From positions 78,184,001 through 78,248,000 of the forward strand of contig OZ076409.1 in NCBI GenBank assembly GCA_964187785.1: a stretch of DNA of 64,000 bases. The letters are read 5' to 3'. Both the position numbers and the translations under genes were made by a program. Source of the stretch: Amphiscolops sp. MND2022. Taxonomy: Eukaryota. Under the pieces are notes generated by a model. It did not search any database and was not told the origin of the DNA. It was given only the letters and a program-made list of their open reading frames with translations. Of this stretch, positions 22,201 through 35,810 are shown in pieces (the stretch's first letter is position 1; every line of letters starts with the position of its first letter).

Positions 22201-25159
22201 ATCCTCGACATTGATGAACAACAATTTGGTTTTCAGCCAGGCAAGTCCACTTTGCACTACTAATACAAATTATATCATGATATCTTAGCAAAGGAAAAAT
22301 TACCAACAGTTTATGATCTAGAGAAAGTTTTTGATTCCGTAGAGCAAACTTTATTGCTAAGCAAGCTAATAAACTGTGGTTTAAATGCTCTAATGTTAGC
22401 TACTTCAAAATCGTTTTTATATCGAAATCAGTATTCAAGTCAATGATTATATCGATGTCACTGTCCCTCTTATTGGTTCACCTCAGGGGGTTGTACTGTC
22501 ACCACTTTTGTTTATATTCTATATGAAGGGCTTCCTCCAAGATGCGGACTTAACATTTAAGTATGCAGATGACAGTACTGCTCTTTCAAGCAAAGAAACC
22601 CTAAGAACATCTTTAGAAAAGGCGGAAAGTTATACATACAAATGGAGGCAGGTGCTGATTAAGGACAAAACTGAACATATAAATTTCCCAAAAGAAGTAT
22701 TTCAGTCCGACTATAAATTTGTTCAGGGAAGTAAAATACTTGGCTTATGGTTTGAACGAGATTTGAGTTTCAAAACACATGCTGCCATTATCTCTGCCTC
22801 AATATTTAATTTCTGGAAAAAAACTATATTGCTGAGCAAAAATATGCGCTTAAATATCAAATAACAGATTTAAGTATAATAAAACACAACAATGTCGATA
22901 AATTGAGTGTAATAGCTCGTCGGTCCACCTCTTTTTTGGATACATTGCATAATTCGTCTTGGCATGTAATCAATAAGCTTTTTTATTAAACTTTGTGGGT
23001 AGGTTAGCCAAAGATAGTTTAGCACGTCCTTAAGCTTGGTTGTATTTCTGGGCAATGGTTCCGTTTTTCGCAAGGATTGTTGAAGTTGATCACATCTCGA
23101 ACTGATCCGGTTGATAAATAGCGCTGCCAAGTGTTCTTAACTGTTCGTTTTTGACATCCGTTTTTGGCAGAAACTTGGTCAAAAGTTGCACCGAACTTAA
23201 TTGCACGGATCATTTCGCTTCTTTTTTCACACAAAAATCTGACCATGTTTCCTGACTGCAACTTCAAAACGTGATAAAGTTTTTGAATTGTATTCAAAAT
23301 CTTCATGGTGGCGTTAAAAGTTTAGTTTTTCAGCTTCCTGTTTTAGCCTTCTCAAAATTTTGCTTCAAGGGAATATTTATGCTCAACAGTGTAGTATACT
23401 TATAACGCAAGGGTTAAATCCATTTTATGCTGTACGTATCTTTGATTCATATGTGAAACCACGTGTCACGTACTGCATGACTATTTGGTTTCATCAAAGT
23501 ATGACATCTCTGGACAAGATGTGGTGGAGTAATCATAAATCTATCTTTGGGATAAGAAACTACCAAGTATCGAAACACGTAGTTAGTGTTTTAAGTAATT
23601 TTTGGCCTCCTTCTCTACTCTACACTAATCAAGTAATAATGTTTCTACGTTCAACTGCCAGAAGTGCAGATATTCTAAACCCTGTTAATTTAGCAATCAA
23701 ACGCCAACATATTATTATGGTGAGAATATTTTGGGACACAAACTTTCAATTTTAAATCGTGATCCTGATCAAATAAAGGCAATATACATACAATATGCTA
23801 GACAATCCTCAGTCAGTACTTTTAAGAAGGAGGTGGATGAGTATTGCAACGAGAAATAAAGCAAGGTCTTATGTACTCAAACTACTTGAAACAGCATCAT
23901 GAAAATGCTAACACCATATCCTAGGAAAAAATCTGTCAACACGCCACGTGTTATAATGAATGATCTTGAAGTACGCGAAGTATTATTCAGATGTATCAAG
24001 AGCATAACCGATATTTGTCCCTATTGTAGAGTTGTCGATAATACTGCACAATTCTTCTTTCCCTGTGTCTCATACCAAGAACAGAGAAGGAGTTTCATTA
24101 AGTAGCTTAAAAATCAAAAAATTTACGAAACGCTAGTTAGTTTGCTGAATTGCGAAAACAAGCATGTTATAAGCGCTTTGGCTGGCTTAATTGCAAGCAT
24201 CGAATAATTCCTATAACCCTGCAATCCTCTCTTGCCTTTCTTCTGTTGAATTCTATTATACTATTTTCTTTGTTCTGGAATCAATGATAGAAAGTCATTT
24301 GTACTGCCACATCCTGCAGGTTAATTGATCTCTTCGGGAAAGGGTCTTTTCGGCAAAGACGTTTCGGCAAAAAAAAGTTCGAGACGTTTCGGCAAATTTT
24401 TCATGCCGAAACGTCCCGTATCATCTTGGTTTTGTTTTCGGTTTTCTACAAACTGGACCTAACCAGTTTGTAGAAAACCAAAAACAAAACCAAGATTATA
24501 TACCAGTTTCTAGAATTCTGGAATTGAAGAAAAACCATAAGACCATTAATGTAGGAACGATGCAAAGCACAAAGCGTGCCTCGGATATGTCCTTATTTCC
24601 TCTAGTGCCCCGCGGCCCATTGGGGCGCTTATATACCCATCTTGCTAAGCGAGGTGGAACAGTAGCAAAGACCTAGCGGGAACGGAGATCGCGAAGCGAT
24701 CGTAGTGGGAGCTGGTCTTGGCGACGGTGAGGGCGAGCGTGCATACACTGGATATGCCCCACATGGGTGGCTGTAAATAGGTCGAATTTTTCTGGTCGAA
24801 AGGAGAGGACGAACCTTTTGATCGAATTGCAGGGATCGAATGGAATGCGGTCGAATTTTATCGTATTTGTTGTATGACTCGGTCGCTTCGCTCCTGCATT
24901 CAGGGCACTAGGGGTATGTGAACATATCTGACTACGTTATGAAAATTTCGACCCGAGTTGATGTCGACCTGAGGACTAACTCTGATCTTCGATCCCGTTC
25001 CTTCGACCTACTTCCGCCCACCCGTCCCACATATCATACGAAACTTTTCGGCAAATGTTTTCAGCCTGGGACGTTTCGGCATAATTTTTTGCCGAAAAGT
25101 CTGCCGCCATGTTTTTGCAGAAACGTCTTTTGCCGAAACGTCCGGAATCCATCTCTACT
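19298..25159 (+). mobile_element. Duplicate of the decayed I/Jockey-like LINE (SL-like start 19298-19327; Tc1 remnant ~22867-23365; type B 24336-25150; type C 24765-25023)
   Basis: Near-identical to 12428-18312. Confidence 0.85.
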
Positions 25160-25314
25160 TCCATGGTATCTTTTTTTTAGACCTATATATCGTTGCAGCT
25201 TAAAACAAAGTACCGGTCGACTGGGATAGCGGCTGTTATGATTAGTTTGTTGGTTGTTTTTTTGATACTGCGATAATGGATGGTATGGGTTTCCCTACTT
25301 TCGTCGTGTCTTCT

Positions 25315-25664
25315 GGGTGGGCGGAAATAGGTCGAAGGAACGGGATCGAAAATCAGAGTTAGTCCTCAGGTCGACAATACCAAATTTTTGAATGGGATCG
25401 AAACAACTCGGATCGAAATTTTTATAACGTAGTCAGATATGTTCACATACCCCTAGTGCCCTGAATGCAGGAGCGAAGCGAAGCGGAGCGACGTGCCATA
25501 TGGCCTTGCCTCAATGTTGCTACTTGGCGAAGGGAGCGAAGCGACCGAGCCATACAACAAATACGATAAAATTCGACCGCATTCCATTCGATCCCTGTAA
25601 TTCGATCAAAAGGTTCGACCTCAGTCCTTTCGACCAGAAAAATTCGACCTATTTACAGCCACCC
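25315..25664. mobile_element. 350-bp non-autonomous TIR element type C (MULE/Merlin-like by TSD length), recent insertion
   Basis: Perfect 9-bp TSD GTGTCTTCT (25306-25314, 25665-25673); TIR gggtggc.g.aa(a)taggtcgaa; the paralogous site at ~18459-18467 is empty. Confidence 0.9.
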
Positions 25665-26146
25665 GTGTCTTCTCCCCACAGGACGGTTTACACGGTCTTT
25701 CTTGCACCAAGAGTGCTGGTCGCTTCTCACGTCATGCTACTCTCAATTCTCTCATAAAGCAGATGTTGGGATCTCTCGACTTGCCTTCAATGCTCGAACC
25801 GCGTGGACTGTACCGAACTGATGACAAACGATCAGACGGTGTTACGATGATTCCTTGGGAAATGGGTAAGGTACAATTGGTCACTTGGCTTAATTTTTTT
25901 AAGCTAAGTGTCTCGGGTATTGGTCACTTGGCTTAAAGTTATTTGACTTGAAACCACTTAGTTGAAAACACGCGGCAGATTTTGTCGAATTTATCTTTAT
26001 AACGTAGTCAGCGTATTATCATAACATGTCATATCAAGTACCCCTCGGATATGTCCCCATTTCCTCTAATGCCCTGCGGCCCCTTGGGACCGCTTATATT
26101 CCCATCTTGCTAAGCGAGGTCGAACAGGAGCAAAGACCTACCGGGA

Positions 26147-26510
26147 ACGACGATCAACGAGCTGGCAGCTTTTTGAAGCAACGGATTTCAATGGCTCTTC
26201 AGATCGGCAATGCGGCCTGTGTTGTAGGAACTGTGAGCGACAGAGATGCGTTCGATGAAATTTATTACATATAGCCTAAATTTTTTACCTTTATATCATA
26301 GCAGCCTCAAAAAAAATTCTACCGGTCCACTGCATAGTGGCTGGTTTGAGTAGTTTGTTGGTTGTTTTTTTTTTGTTACTGATCTACTGGTATAGTGGCT
26401 GGTATGGGGTTCCCTACTTTCGTTGCAGACCACGGGTGTGTGTCTTCTCCCCCCAATATGGTGATACACATGGCACTTGATTGATGACGAAGATCCATGA
26501 TATCTGATAG
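26147..26510 (+). mobile_element. CRE C-terminal coding fragment and complete 3' UTR
   Basis: DDQRAGSFLKQRISMALQIGNAACVVGT..IYYI* followed by the 3' UTR ending gatccatgatatctgat. Confidence 0.75.
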
Positions 26511-26518
26511 AGAAGAAA

Positions 26519-27143
26519 AACAAGCCGGGACCGGCCCAGGTCGGCGCCATATCCAAGGCTCAAAAATAGCAAAAAGACTTCCAAGTGTCAAGTATTCTCT
26601 TTTACAGTACTCGAAAATGGAAAATTTTCGAAAAAATTACATACTCAAAAAAAGGACCGAGTGGCGCGCTAAAGTCTCACAATGCCGAAAAACTGAAAGG
26701 GGGGACCCTTTGAGGTTTTTCAATATCCATTCTGTCGCAAAACATGAAAAAATTGAAGAAAACAAAAATTTTCATTTTCGGGAAAAAATCTCACAATGCC
26801 GAAAAAAACTGAAAGGGGGGACCCTTTGGGATTTTTCAACATCCATTCTGTCGCAAAACATCAAAAAAAATGCAGGGGGGCCCTTTGGGGAAAAAATTTT
26901 CGAAAAAAGTCTCGCAGTGCCGAAAAAAATGAAAGGGGAGACTCTTTGGTCTCGCCCGGTATGGTATGTTACGCAGGAAAACAGGAAAAACTTTTTTGGT
27001 TCAGTTCGCTAGGCCAAATAGTGCAATTTGGTGCAATAATATTTTGTAGAACTTTTAAGAACTATTTTGGTCAGTTCGTGTGGATAGAAAAAAAAGAGTC
27101 ACTATAATAGTCGCGTTTCACTTCATGAAGCACCGACTAAAAA
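26519..27143 (+). mobile_element. Helentron-associated (HINE/DINE-1-like) non-autonomous element
   Basis: Starts AACAAG; subterminal inverted motif gtcggcgc / gcaccgact; internal ~110-120-bp tandem units; sits in an A/T run with no TSD. Further copies at 35.3, 49.3 and 55.5 kb. Confidence 0.6.
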
Positions 27144-27219
27144 TAGTGGAAAAGAAAAGTAAAAATCTGATTTCTCCAATTAATTCCGTGGCAGTGTTTT
27201 TCAGATTCTAACAGTACTG

Positions 27220-30200
27220 ATGCGATCTAAAACTCATCATACACCCATCAAGTTTTCATTCTATGAACTACGAGATGTGAAAAAAATATGCTTGAAAATT
27301 TTGAACGACTGCAAAGTTGCTGAAGAACTATCTCGGGCTGCCAAATTAAAACCGAGAAAAATTGACGAGCCCTCCTCAATTTTGGAGAATGCCATCGAAG
27401 TTGACGCTGATTTGTCGATGATTAAAAATTGCGATGGGTATCACATTGACCAAACCCTCCCTTCGATAGCTGGAAATCATTTTCTCGAAAAATGGTGTCA
27501 GGAAATTGTTGCTTTGCAAGTCAGTCTCGCCGATGATGACAACGCCGCCTCTGCTGACTCTACCAGTGATTATTATTCCAGTATATCTGAATCCAAAACC
27601 AGCCTCGACAAAGCAGTCTCAAACGCAGATTTGCGAGCAACTTCAGTTATCAATGCAGCAATTAAATTTGTTCCTTGTGGCTCCACCCGCATTTCTAACA
27701 TCACTTGCAGCACCACCAACTGTTGTTGTTTTCATCTGAACAATGATGTTAACTCAGAAGATTCTTCAAAACCTTTCTCCATGATACCATTGCAAGGTTT
27801 GTCATTTTATCGTAATCAGGTGTGTAATCCATTTCATTGTGCGTTCTTACTTTTCAGTTCCTACTTAATCCTGGAATTTGTATACTTCTTTTTCATTGAA
27901 TTAAAACATTTCTCTAATTTCGCCAGAAAATTTCCTGTCGTTTTCTCCGTGTCTGATGGAAATCACTCTTTGTGATTTGTAGCAAAAATATAATGTGCAG
28001 TGGTAAAGATTGGTTAATTCGAGTACCATCTTATTTGGCTATAATAACTCGTCTTTTTTCCAGGATGCAACGAAGAAATATTCAGGCGCTATTTTTTGGA
28101 CAATGATTATATTGACAGTGTTGCCAAAGATGATCAAATAGGAATTGTTTTTGCCACCATGAAACTGGAGCTGCCAAATTCTACAGAAATCAGGTGGGAT
28201 AGTGAAGAAGGACTATCGAGAGTATACAGAGCTGACGTTGAAATGACGGAAAACGAAGCTATGGGTAACGAAAGGGTTTCAATAGACGAATCAAATGAAA
28301 TGGTGACGGCGACAATAAACGTGGAATCTAGATCGAGTACTAAATCGACCTGTTTATGCTGCCAATGTATGGGGAAGCTACATAGACGGACATCTTCAAA
28401 GCAGCAGCGTCCCTTCACACAAGACCAGATGGCTCGGCTAAGAATTTTAATCAGAACCGAAGTCGGTCTGTACCACGTGCTTGTGCCAATTCTCGTCAAC
28501 TCTGAGACCAAGATTAATCTCAAATTCTTCAGTGAGTATCCATGTTCCGTTTACAGTAAAACCTCGATATTGTTACCACTTCCGTCAAGACGAAAAACAA
28601 ATTGGAGGTGAAACTACATGCGGTTACATACGGTTTTAAAATCAAGTAAACAATTTCGCGATTTTTTTCAATTTAATGAGAAACTTGAATTCGTGGGAAA
28701 TTATTGGAATTTGCGGGAAGAAACGTTTTCTGTTCTCGCTTTATATATACTTTACATGTTAGGATACGATGCCTCATTAATTTTTCAAGACAATTGATAA
28801 CAGTTGTATTCTGAATTCTTTCTGAATTCAATTCATATCCCTAAGTTGACACGAACGTCAAAAGGCTTCGCCGAAATCGTATTAATAGTTCTGTGTTGTT
28901 TAGATAACCCGATTCTAATTCAAGATGTGTTAACGTACGTGAGTAAAGAATTGTGTCTAAGTGACAGGCTAGTTGCCATCCGTGTACCACCCTGTAGTTT
29001 CATGGAGATTGACCACCACTTCATCAAATCTTCTATCAAAATTGGCGTTTTGTATGTCAAAGAAGGCCAAACCCACGAAGACGAAATGTTCTCAAATCAA
29101 AGTCACAGCCGACAGTTTGAAAAGTTCTTACAAGTTCTTGGAGACAAGGCTAGTCAAAAGTCATTTACTGTTTTGACTTTTTTGTATGCTGTTGAAACTC
29201 CCAAGACACCCGAAATGAGGAAACGTGAATGTGTTTGCATTGAATACAAAATGAATGATCTGATTTTTTGAAGTCTTAAAAATCTTGAATGAAAATTCGA
29301 AATGGATTGTAACATAGAAGTATTGAATGTTTTTGTAGAAATCGTGAACCTCTTGAACTTTTCAGCTAATCTTACACGGTGATATTTTTATAGCGATGCT
29401 TCTTGGCATTGCATTTCGGTACAAATTCAATTTTTTCTCGCATGTCCAATGGGTGCTTAGAAATTATCCTATAATTAGGTAATAATTATTTTGAATGAAA
29501 GTTTATCTATTCAATTTTCTGTTTCAGGTCATTTTGAAGGGCTTTCAAAAGTACAACGGGGGGTTGGACACACAACATGGTCAATGTGGAGAGGAGTCAG
29601 TTTTCACAGAGTGGAGAGACCTTCAAATCATGTTTCACGTGTCAACACTTCTACCCTATGACGAAAACGACCCGCAGAAGGTCCAACGTAAACGTCATCT
29701 TGGTTGGTGATCTTTGAAACTCGTTCGAGAAGTAATAAATAGAAGCTTATCTTTGGATTTGTAGCAGCTATTGGAATCAGTGTTTGACTTTTGCTTTTAT
29801 TTGCTTTCCGCGACAAGATTTTATGTCACTTCTTCAATAATTGCCTTTTTTACGAGGGTATATGCTAAACATGCTTAATAGTGTTGGCCGGTAACTGATA
29901 CTGGTATAAAATTATACTGTACTACTAGTCACTAAAATTTCGGTAACTAGTATCGAGTATTTTACTGCTATTTCGCACTATTTTATTACCAATGTGATCA
30001 AGGTTGAATATTTTGAAACACTTGAAACTCTGAAATTAATTACTTTCTGAGAATGTTTGTTTTATTTGTTCAGAAATGAAAAACACACAAGATCTTCGTC
30101 AAGATGTTAATCGCTCTTGTAAAGAACTTTTCGAAACTGAATTTTGAAATTCCAATTTATTTGTTAAATTAAAACGCTTTTTGAGAACCAAAATCGTGAC

Positions 30201-33200
30201 ATTTAGATCCTAGTATAACTTCTGAAGATACTGGTAACTGTCAACACTATGCTTAATGAGTTGAGTGTCTCTTTGAGACATGGTTTTATGTCTTTTTTTA
30301 GGTAACGACACAGTCTGTGTGGTGTTCTTGGACGGTCCTGGTGCTCAGTTTAATCCTACGAGTATAAGAAGTCAGTTTCTTCATTCGTTCATAGTTGTTA
30401 CATGTAGATCATCTGACGTAGACGCCGCGCCCTCTTCAACTTTTGAGGATGGTAATTCGTACCATTACAAAGTGGGCGTTGTCTCTAGAGCGGCAGTTCC
30501 GGCCTACGAGCCCCAGTTGCCGACCAACAACAACTTCGCAGCGGACGATCCTCAGTTCAGAGAGTGGATTCTAGCAAAGTGCGTCAATGGCGACAGAGCT
30601 AGCTACACCGTGCCAAAGTTAATCACTGTCCACTCTCGCACTAGAACACATTTCCACGAGAAGCTTTACAAGTCCATCACCGCCTCGTCCGAGGGCAAAG
30701 GGCCAAATCAGTCTTCGCTGTCATCTTCTTGCTCATCATCGCCCAAGTAAGCGCTGTTGCTCGCAATCTGTCATTCATTATAGTCAACATTGAGATTGAG
30801 GAAATCAACCTTCGGTGTCTATGGATTGCGATGTTTCTTTTGTGTCTCAAAATGTAAACGAGCTGAATTTGACTCTTGATTAGGAAGAATTATTTCCGGT
30901 AATGCCGTTTTCTGGCACATTGCCCGAAATGCAATTTTTCTATAATTGTCATTAATAATTGCTGCACTAAAAGATACATACTTCAAAAAATATTCGGTCG
31001 AATTCCGATGACTACCTGCCAAACGTATAGAAATTGCTGACATGCATCGGCAAATTTTTTAGGTCGCTTCAAAAAATTGTGGAAGTTATCGGGTAATTTT
31101 TGGAGCAAAAACTTTTTCGACCATCTTGCTCAATTTTCTATGTTTGCATTGATATTTTATTGCTTTTCAGAAGTTTTCAAGCATCTCGGAAATCATGAAT
31201 TTAATACCGAAATTTAGCACGCAATTACAGACCAATTTCTCTTTTGGGTAGTCTATCAAATCTGTTATTCATAGAAAACTGATTTAAAAAATTCTCAATT
31301 CTGTCTGAAAATCAAAATGGATTCAACAAAAGAGACTCTATACAAGCAGCAACATTACTCTGAGAAAATACAAGCGAACTGGCTACCCAAAATGGAAACG
31401 AAATGCACTTTTGTTGATTTCGGAAAAGTGTTGATCTTAATATTCTATTAAAGTTGTATTATGTCGGTGTCCGAGATATTGCTTTTAAACTTAAACTCTT
31501 GAATTATGTTAGATAGGTCTCAGCTTATGAAAATTGAAGACTTATGTTTGAAATTGAAATTAAAAAGCGTGGGGTCCCGCAGGGATCATTACTAAACCAC
31601 TTTTGTTTCTTGTTTGCATTAACGATCTCAGTGCGAAGTAGCAGGGCGACAATACTCTATGCTGATGACACAGCTCTAATTGGAAATCGCAACTCATGAC
31701 GAGGGTATAAATTCTTATAAAGTTGGATGAAGTTGAATAGTGTTGATTGTAACTCCACGAAAACTAAATGTATCGTTTCCAAGAAAAGATTCACAAATCA
31801 ATCAAACTTGGCATTTGGAGACGATGAAATTCTTTGAGAGTTTGAGCTTGTATTTTCACGAAAAATTCAATTTTGAGATACACAATAACAAGGTCGTTGC
31901 AAAACTAGCAAGTGATAATGGTATGCTTTACAAATTGAGAGTAACTTCAAACAAAAGTCAATTAGGACAATGTATTCGATCTTGTGTTTCTACGGCTTTT
32001 TTCGGCACTGTGCGACTTAGCGAATTTTTTTAAACACAATTTGTAGTTTTTTGAGAGTTTCTGTTGAGGAGTCTTAAGGCCACTGACCTCTTTGGTTAAT
32101 GTTTTGTAGTCACCAGACGTTCGCTGCTTCGGTTGTTTGATGTTATCACAGTTTATAAGACCTCTTTTTGAGCCTAAAAGGTGTTTTGCGAGCACACCTT
32201 TGGGTGATTTCAGCTCTGTGAGTTTTTTCGAACAAATGTTTTTTTTCGGAAAACAACACAATTACGCGTTTTGTGATCTTTTCAGTTGAAGTCTTTTCTT
32301 TGCCTTGAAAGCTCCATCTTGGATTTTTTTCTGTTGTTACAGTATACGAAAAAATATTGCAGTTGTTGCGCCTCTTGTTTCGTTTTAAAACGAGTTACTG
32401 TATAAACTTGTGTACCTCAGTATCAATAGAAAAACACTATTTATTGAGTTCAAACTTTCCAAATTGATTCTCGGTTTTTAGCAGACTTAATTTTGCTTTT
32501 TTATAGTGGCTTTTTCTTTTCAATTCTTTCAGTGACCATAAAAGTTCTACAAAATGCCAAAGTCATCCAAAGGGTTTTTCCTTTCTTTTGTTAACTAATT
32601 CGACTCATGTGGGTTCATTTTCGGAATTGTACAGCTTTTTCTCAAATTTTGAAATTTCACTGAAAAGCCTTTTCCCGTTCTTAAAAGGTTTTTTTGTCTC
32701 CCTTTCGGTTTCATCGGCACTGCGATTTTTTAATCAACTTTATCTCCCGAAAAGGTACTGAATAGTTTTGTTCGTCATTGAAGTCACCGGATATTGTAAC
32801 CGGAAACGTTTAGAAACTACAAAATGCATCAATTTTCAAAACTGAAAATTTTCGGTTTATTTGTGCGGTCATTTTGAAGCTTTTCAAAATTACGTTTAAA
32901 GTTACGTTTTTAAGAAAGCAGACTAATTTTACATGTTCCGAGCATATTGAAAAAAGCAAGCGAAGTCTTTTACACCAACTTTATTAGAGATGGTTTTTCA
33001 GCCCAATATTGCGGGTAAGAGTACATAGATACACAAACGTGTACGGATTTCGTGGTGTTATTACTGAATCTCCTGTTTCTTGGCAATACTAACTATTTTC
33101 TCATGAGTCCACTTGCAGTTGATGGGATTATTTGCAATCTCTTGAACACAACAATTATTTATTTGATTGAAATTAAATGCAAAACTGTTTTCATCATGAT

Positions 33201-34391
33201 TCCTTTTGGGGTCTAAATTGTTACACCTGCTCGAAAACCATATTTCATTGTGTATTAGCCGCTTTTGCCCCCTTGTTGAAGCATATTGTTTGCAACTTAA
33301 CACCGCGGTTTATACTTGAAATATGGTAATTAGGTCAATATGTGGACAAATTTAGTTTGTTGTTTAGGTTTGGAGTTGGAAATTTCCTCACGAAGCGTGG
33401 CGGAGGACTCAGAAATGTGTTGGGAGGTGGAAGCACATCCTGCAACAAAGAAGACGTGAGACGGACTCTTAGTAATTCTGCCTCCAACCCAGACACAGCA
33501 TCTTCATCCGTCTCGGATCTATCCAAGTTCAGCCCCGTGGCAAGTACACCCTCCACGGGCAACAAGTTCTCGCTATCTCTGCGCTCAGGTGCTTCTAAGT
33601 TGTTCCGCAACAAAAGTGCTGTGGCCAGCAAGTTTGTTGGTCAGGGCAAGAAACACAGTTCTGTCTGCAATAGAGCCAACACTCTCAACTTGTGCAGTGA
33701 TACCTCCTACAGAAAATCATCAGCTGGGTCCTTAGACATCACTCTTACTAAGTCTTCTGAATGGCCCGCTTCAAGTCCGGGGTCAGAAAGTCAACAAATC
33801 AATATGTCAGTTTCCACTGGAAGTGTGTGTCATTTGAATCAGCGCGAAAGTCCCGGTTGTTCCAGTGGCAAGCCCGTATCTTTCACTATAGAGGGCGAGT
33901 CAATACACAACAGGTCAGAACAGCAACTTTTGGGGTCGTGTTCACAGTGTCCACTGACAGCCCATGCTTCGGGTTCTGCTGCTGCAACCACTACTACATC
34001 AACGAAATTGCCATTAACCCAGATATCTTCAGTTTCTTCTACCAGCACCAATTCTTTTTCTATCTACCAGTGGAGTTCTACCAGTGGCCATGTCTCTTTA
34101 GCTGAAGAAGACTCTAATATGATTCATCACAGCGATCAGTTGGCACAGAGTTCATCAACACGTTTCCGTGATACCGCGTTTCCTGAAATATTTTCGGACG
34201 ACGCCGCTATTATCAGAGGATCAAGTTTTTCTATACCTGAAACCTTGTACACGCAGTCTTCTTCGCAACCACACCAGAGTCAAGTGGCTTCTTCTCAGTC
34301 AAGCAGCTCGTCGAAAAACAACGGCAATGGCAGTAGTCACATTCTACTGCACACTGCTGACTCCTTCACTGAAGACTCGGCTGCTACGTGA
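27220..34391 (+). CDS. RAP1GAP: Rap1 GTPase-activating protein (Rap1GAP family); exons 27220-27796, 28064-28531, 28904-29148, 29528-29702, 30302-30746, 33368-34391 (~977 aa; upstream exons possible)
   Basis: Rap-GAP motifs IKIGVLYVKEGQTHEDEMFSN, FLQVLGDK|VILKGFQKYNGGLD, IMFHVSTLLPY, QRKRHLG|ND (Asn thumb) and SQFLHSFIVV. Splice phases are consistent (2934 nt). Ser-rich C-terminal exon. Confidence 0.85.
29879..30249. mobile_element. Intronic MITE, probably hAT-derived
   Basis: TIR tagtgttg.c / g.caacacta flanked by duplicated (a)tgcttaa(t). Confidence 0.65.
31490..31960 (+). pseudogene. LINE RT fragment in intron
   Basis: ggggtcccgcagggatca (GVPQGS) and tatgctgatgacaca (YADDT) remnants. Confidence 0.65.
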
Positions 34392-34640
34392 CGTCATTCA
34401 TCTTCATCCCTCCTTATCCCCGTTGGCTGGCCCCACCTCCTTCTTTATCTATCTATTTCCTTTTCTCCTCTTTATATAAAATATGAGTATTATTATCTAA
34501 TAGTTTTTTGTTTTTGTTGTTTACGACTGGTAAATTCATAATTTCTGCAATGATCTGTAGTGTGTAAAACTCTAACCTTTCCAAACTTTTGTTTCCACTA
34601 TCAGCCAGTGTAATATAGAGTAGAAAAGAAGCAATATCTC

Positions 34641-34668
34641 ATTTGATTTGATTTGATTTGATTTGATT
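34641..34668. repeat. (ATTTG)n microsatellite in the probable 3' UTR
   Basis: atttg repeated 5 times plus. Confidence 0.9.
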
Positions 34669-35810
34669 TTATATACATATGAGTGTAGAAAGCGGTTTCT
34701 GTGAAATCGTTTATAGCTTTAATTCGTGTCACACCGTATGATACACATTCAGCCGCGCGCCCGACCCCTACGAAGTAAACCCATCCAATTTACCAATGCC
34801 CTACCCATCCCAACAAGCGCTAATACAAAGCCCCCTCCCTTAAATCCTACAAATTGCCCTCAGTAGTGGTCAAAGCTGGCTCTAATATGAGGATAGAATA
34901 TCAGTGAAAAAATGGTAGCAACTTGCAATTAGATACTTTTCGGGCCTTCCTAAATGACTACAATTCCACTGCTTCGCATTGGCCGCCGCCACTCCTTATC
35001 CTTCTATTCATCCATCCGTCTTAATTGCATATTCTGTCTTTCTACCAGTAGAGCAATTTATCCATTAGAATCCTCAACCAAAACTTGTGACAATCTTAAG
35101 TGTTTTAGACGTAAATCTTTATTTTCATTCAGTAATGAATAAATGTTTATGCAAAGCTTCTAGTTTCATGTTCTGCAGTTCAAAATTGCGGTTCGAGTCA
35201 AGTAGTCACTGTATGTGAATATGGATGGAACGGAAAATTTTTCGAAGCCATTGTCAAGTTTTTTTGTGGGAAATAACCCAGTTTTTAGTCGGCGCTTCAT
35301 GAAGTGAAACACGACTATTATAGTGACATTTTAAATCCGAACTGACCAAAATAGTTCTACAAAATTTAATGGTGTCAAATATCGCCTAGAGAACTGAACC
35401 AAATAGATTTTTCCTTTTTTCCGCGTAACATAAAATACCGGGCGAGACTAAATGGTTTTCAGTTTTTTTCGGCATTGAGACTTTTTCGAGAAAAACAATT
35501 TTCTCGAAGGGTCCTCCTTTCAATTTTTTAAATGTTTTGCGACAGAATGGATGTTTAAAAATCCCAAAGGGTCCCCTTTTTAGTTTTTTTCGGCATTGAG
35601 ACTTCGAAAGTTTTTCAAAAGGGTCCCCCTTCAATTTTGTTGATGTTTTGCGACAGAAAATTTGAAAAATACCAAAGCGATCCCCTTTTAGCCCACCAGT
35701 GGCCCGTGGTACCGGGTCCCGACGCCAAAATTTGGCCCAACTTTTGAGTTTTTCGGGTACTGTAAAAAATACATGACACTTTGAAGTACCTTTGCTGTTT
35801 TTGAGCCTTA

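Larger units (their letters stand above)
12095..26170. repeat. Tandem segmental duplication, unit 1 ~12095-18964 and unit 2 ~18965-26170
   Basis: The same ORF set recurs at offset ~6870 (12458/19328, 15636/22508) with scattered SNPs and indels; unit 2 has one extra insertion. Confidence 0.93.

Noticed and set aside
26376..26510. Hammerhead/HDV ribozyme or snRNA in the CRE 3' UTR
   Set aside because: Only TTGATGA is present, without a correctly placed GAAA and stems; no convincing U2 or 5S similarity by eye.
26497..27107. ORFs of 171 and 103 aa as genes
   Set aside because: They are translations of the HINE internal tandem repeats; similar peptides arise from every copy.
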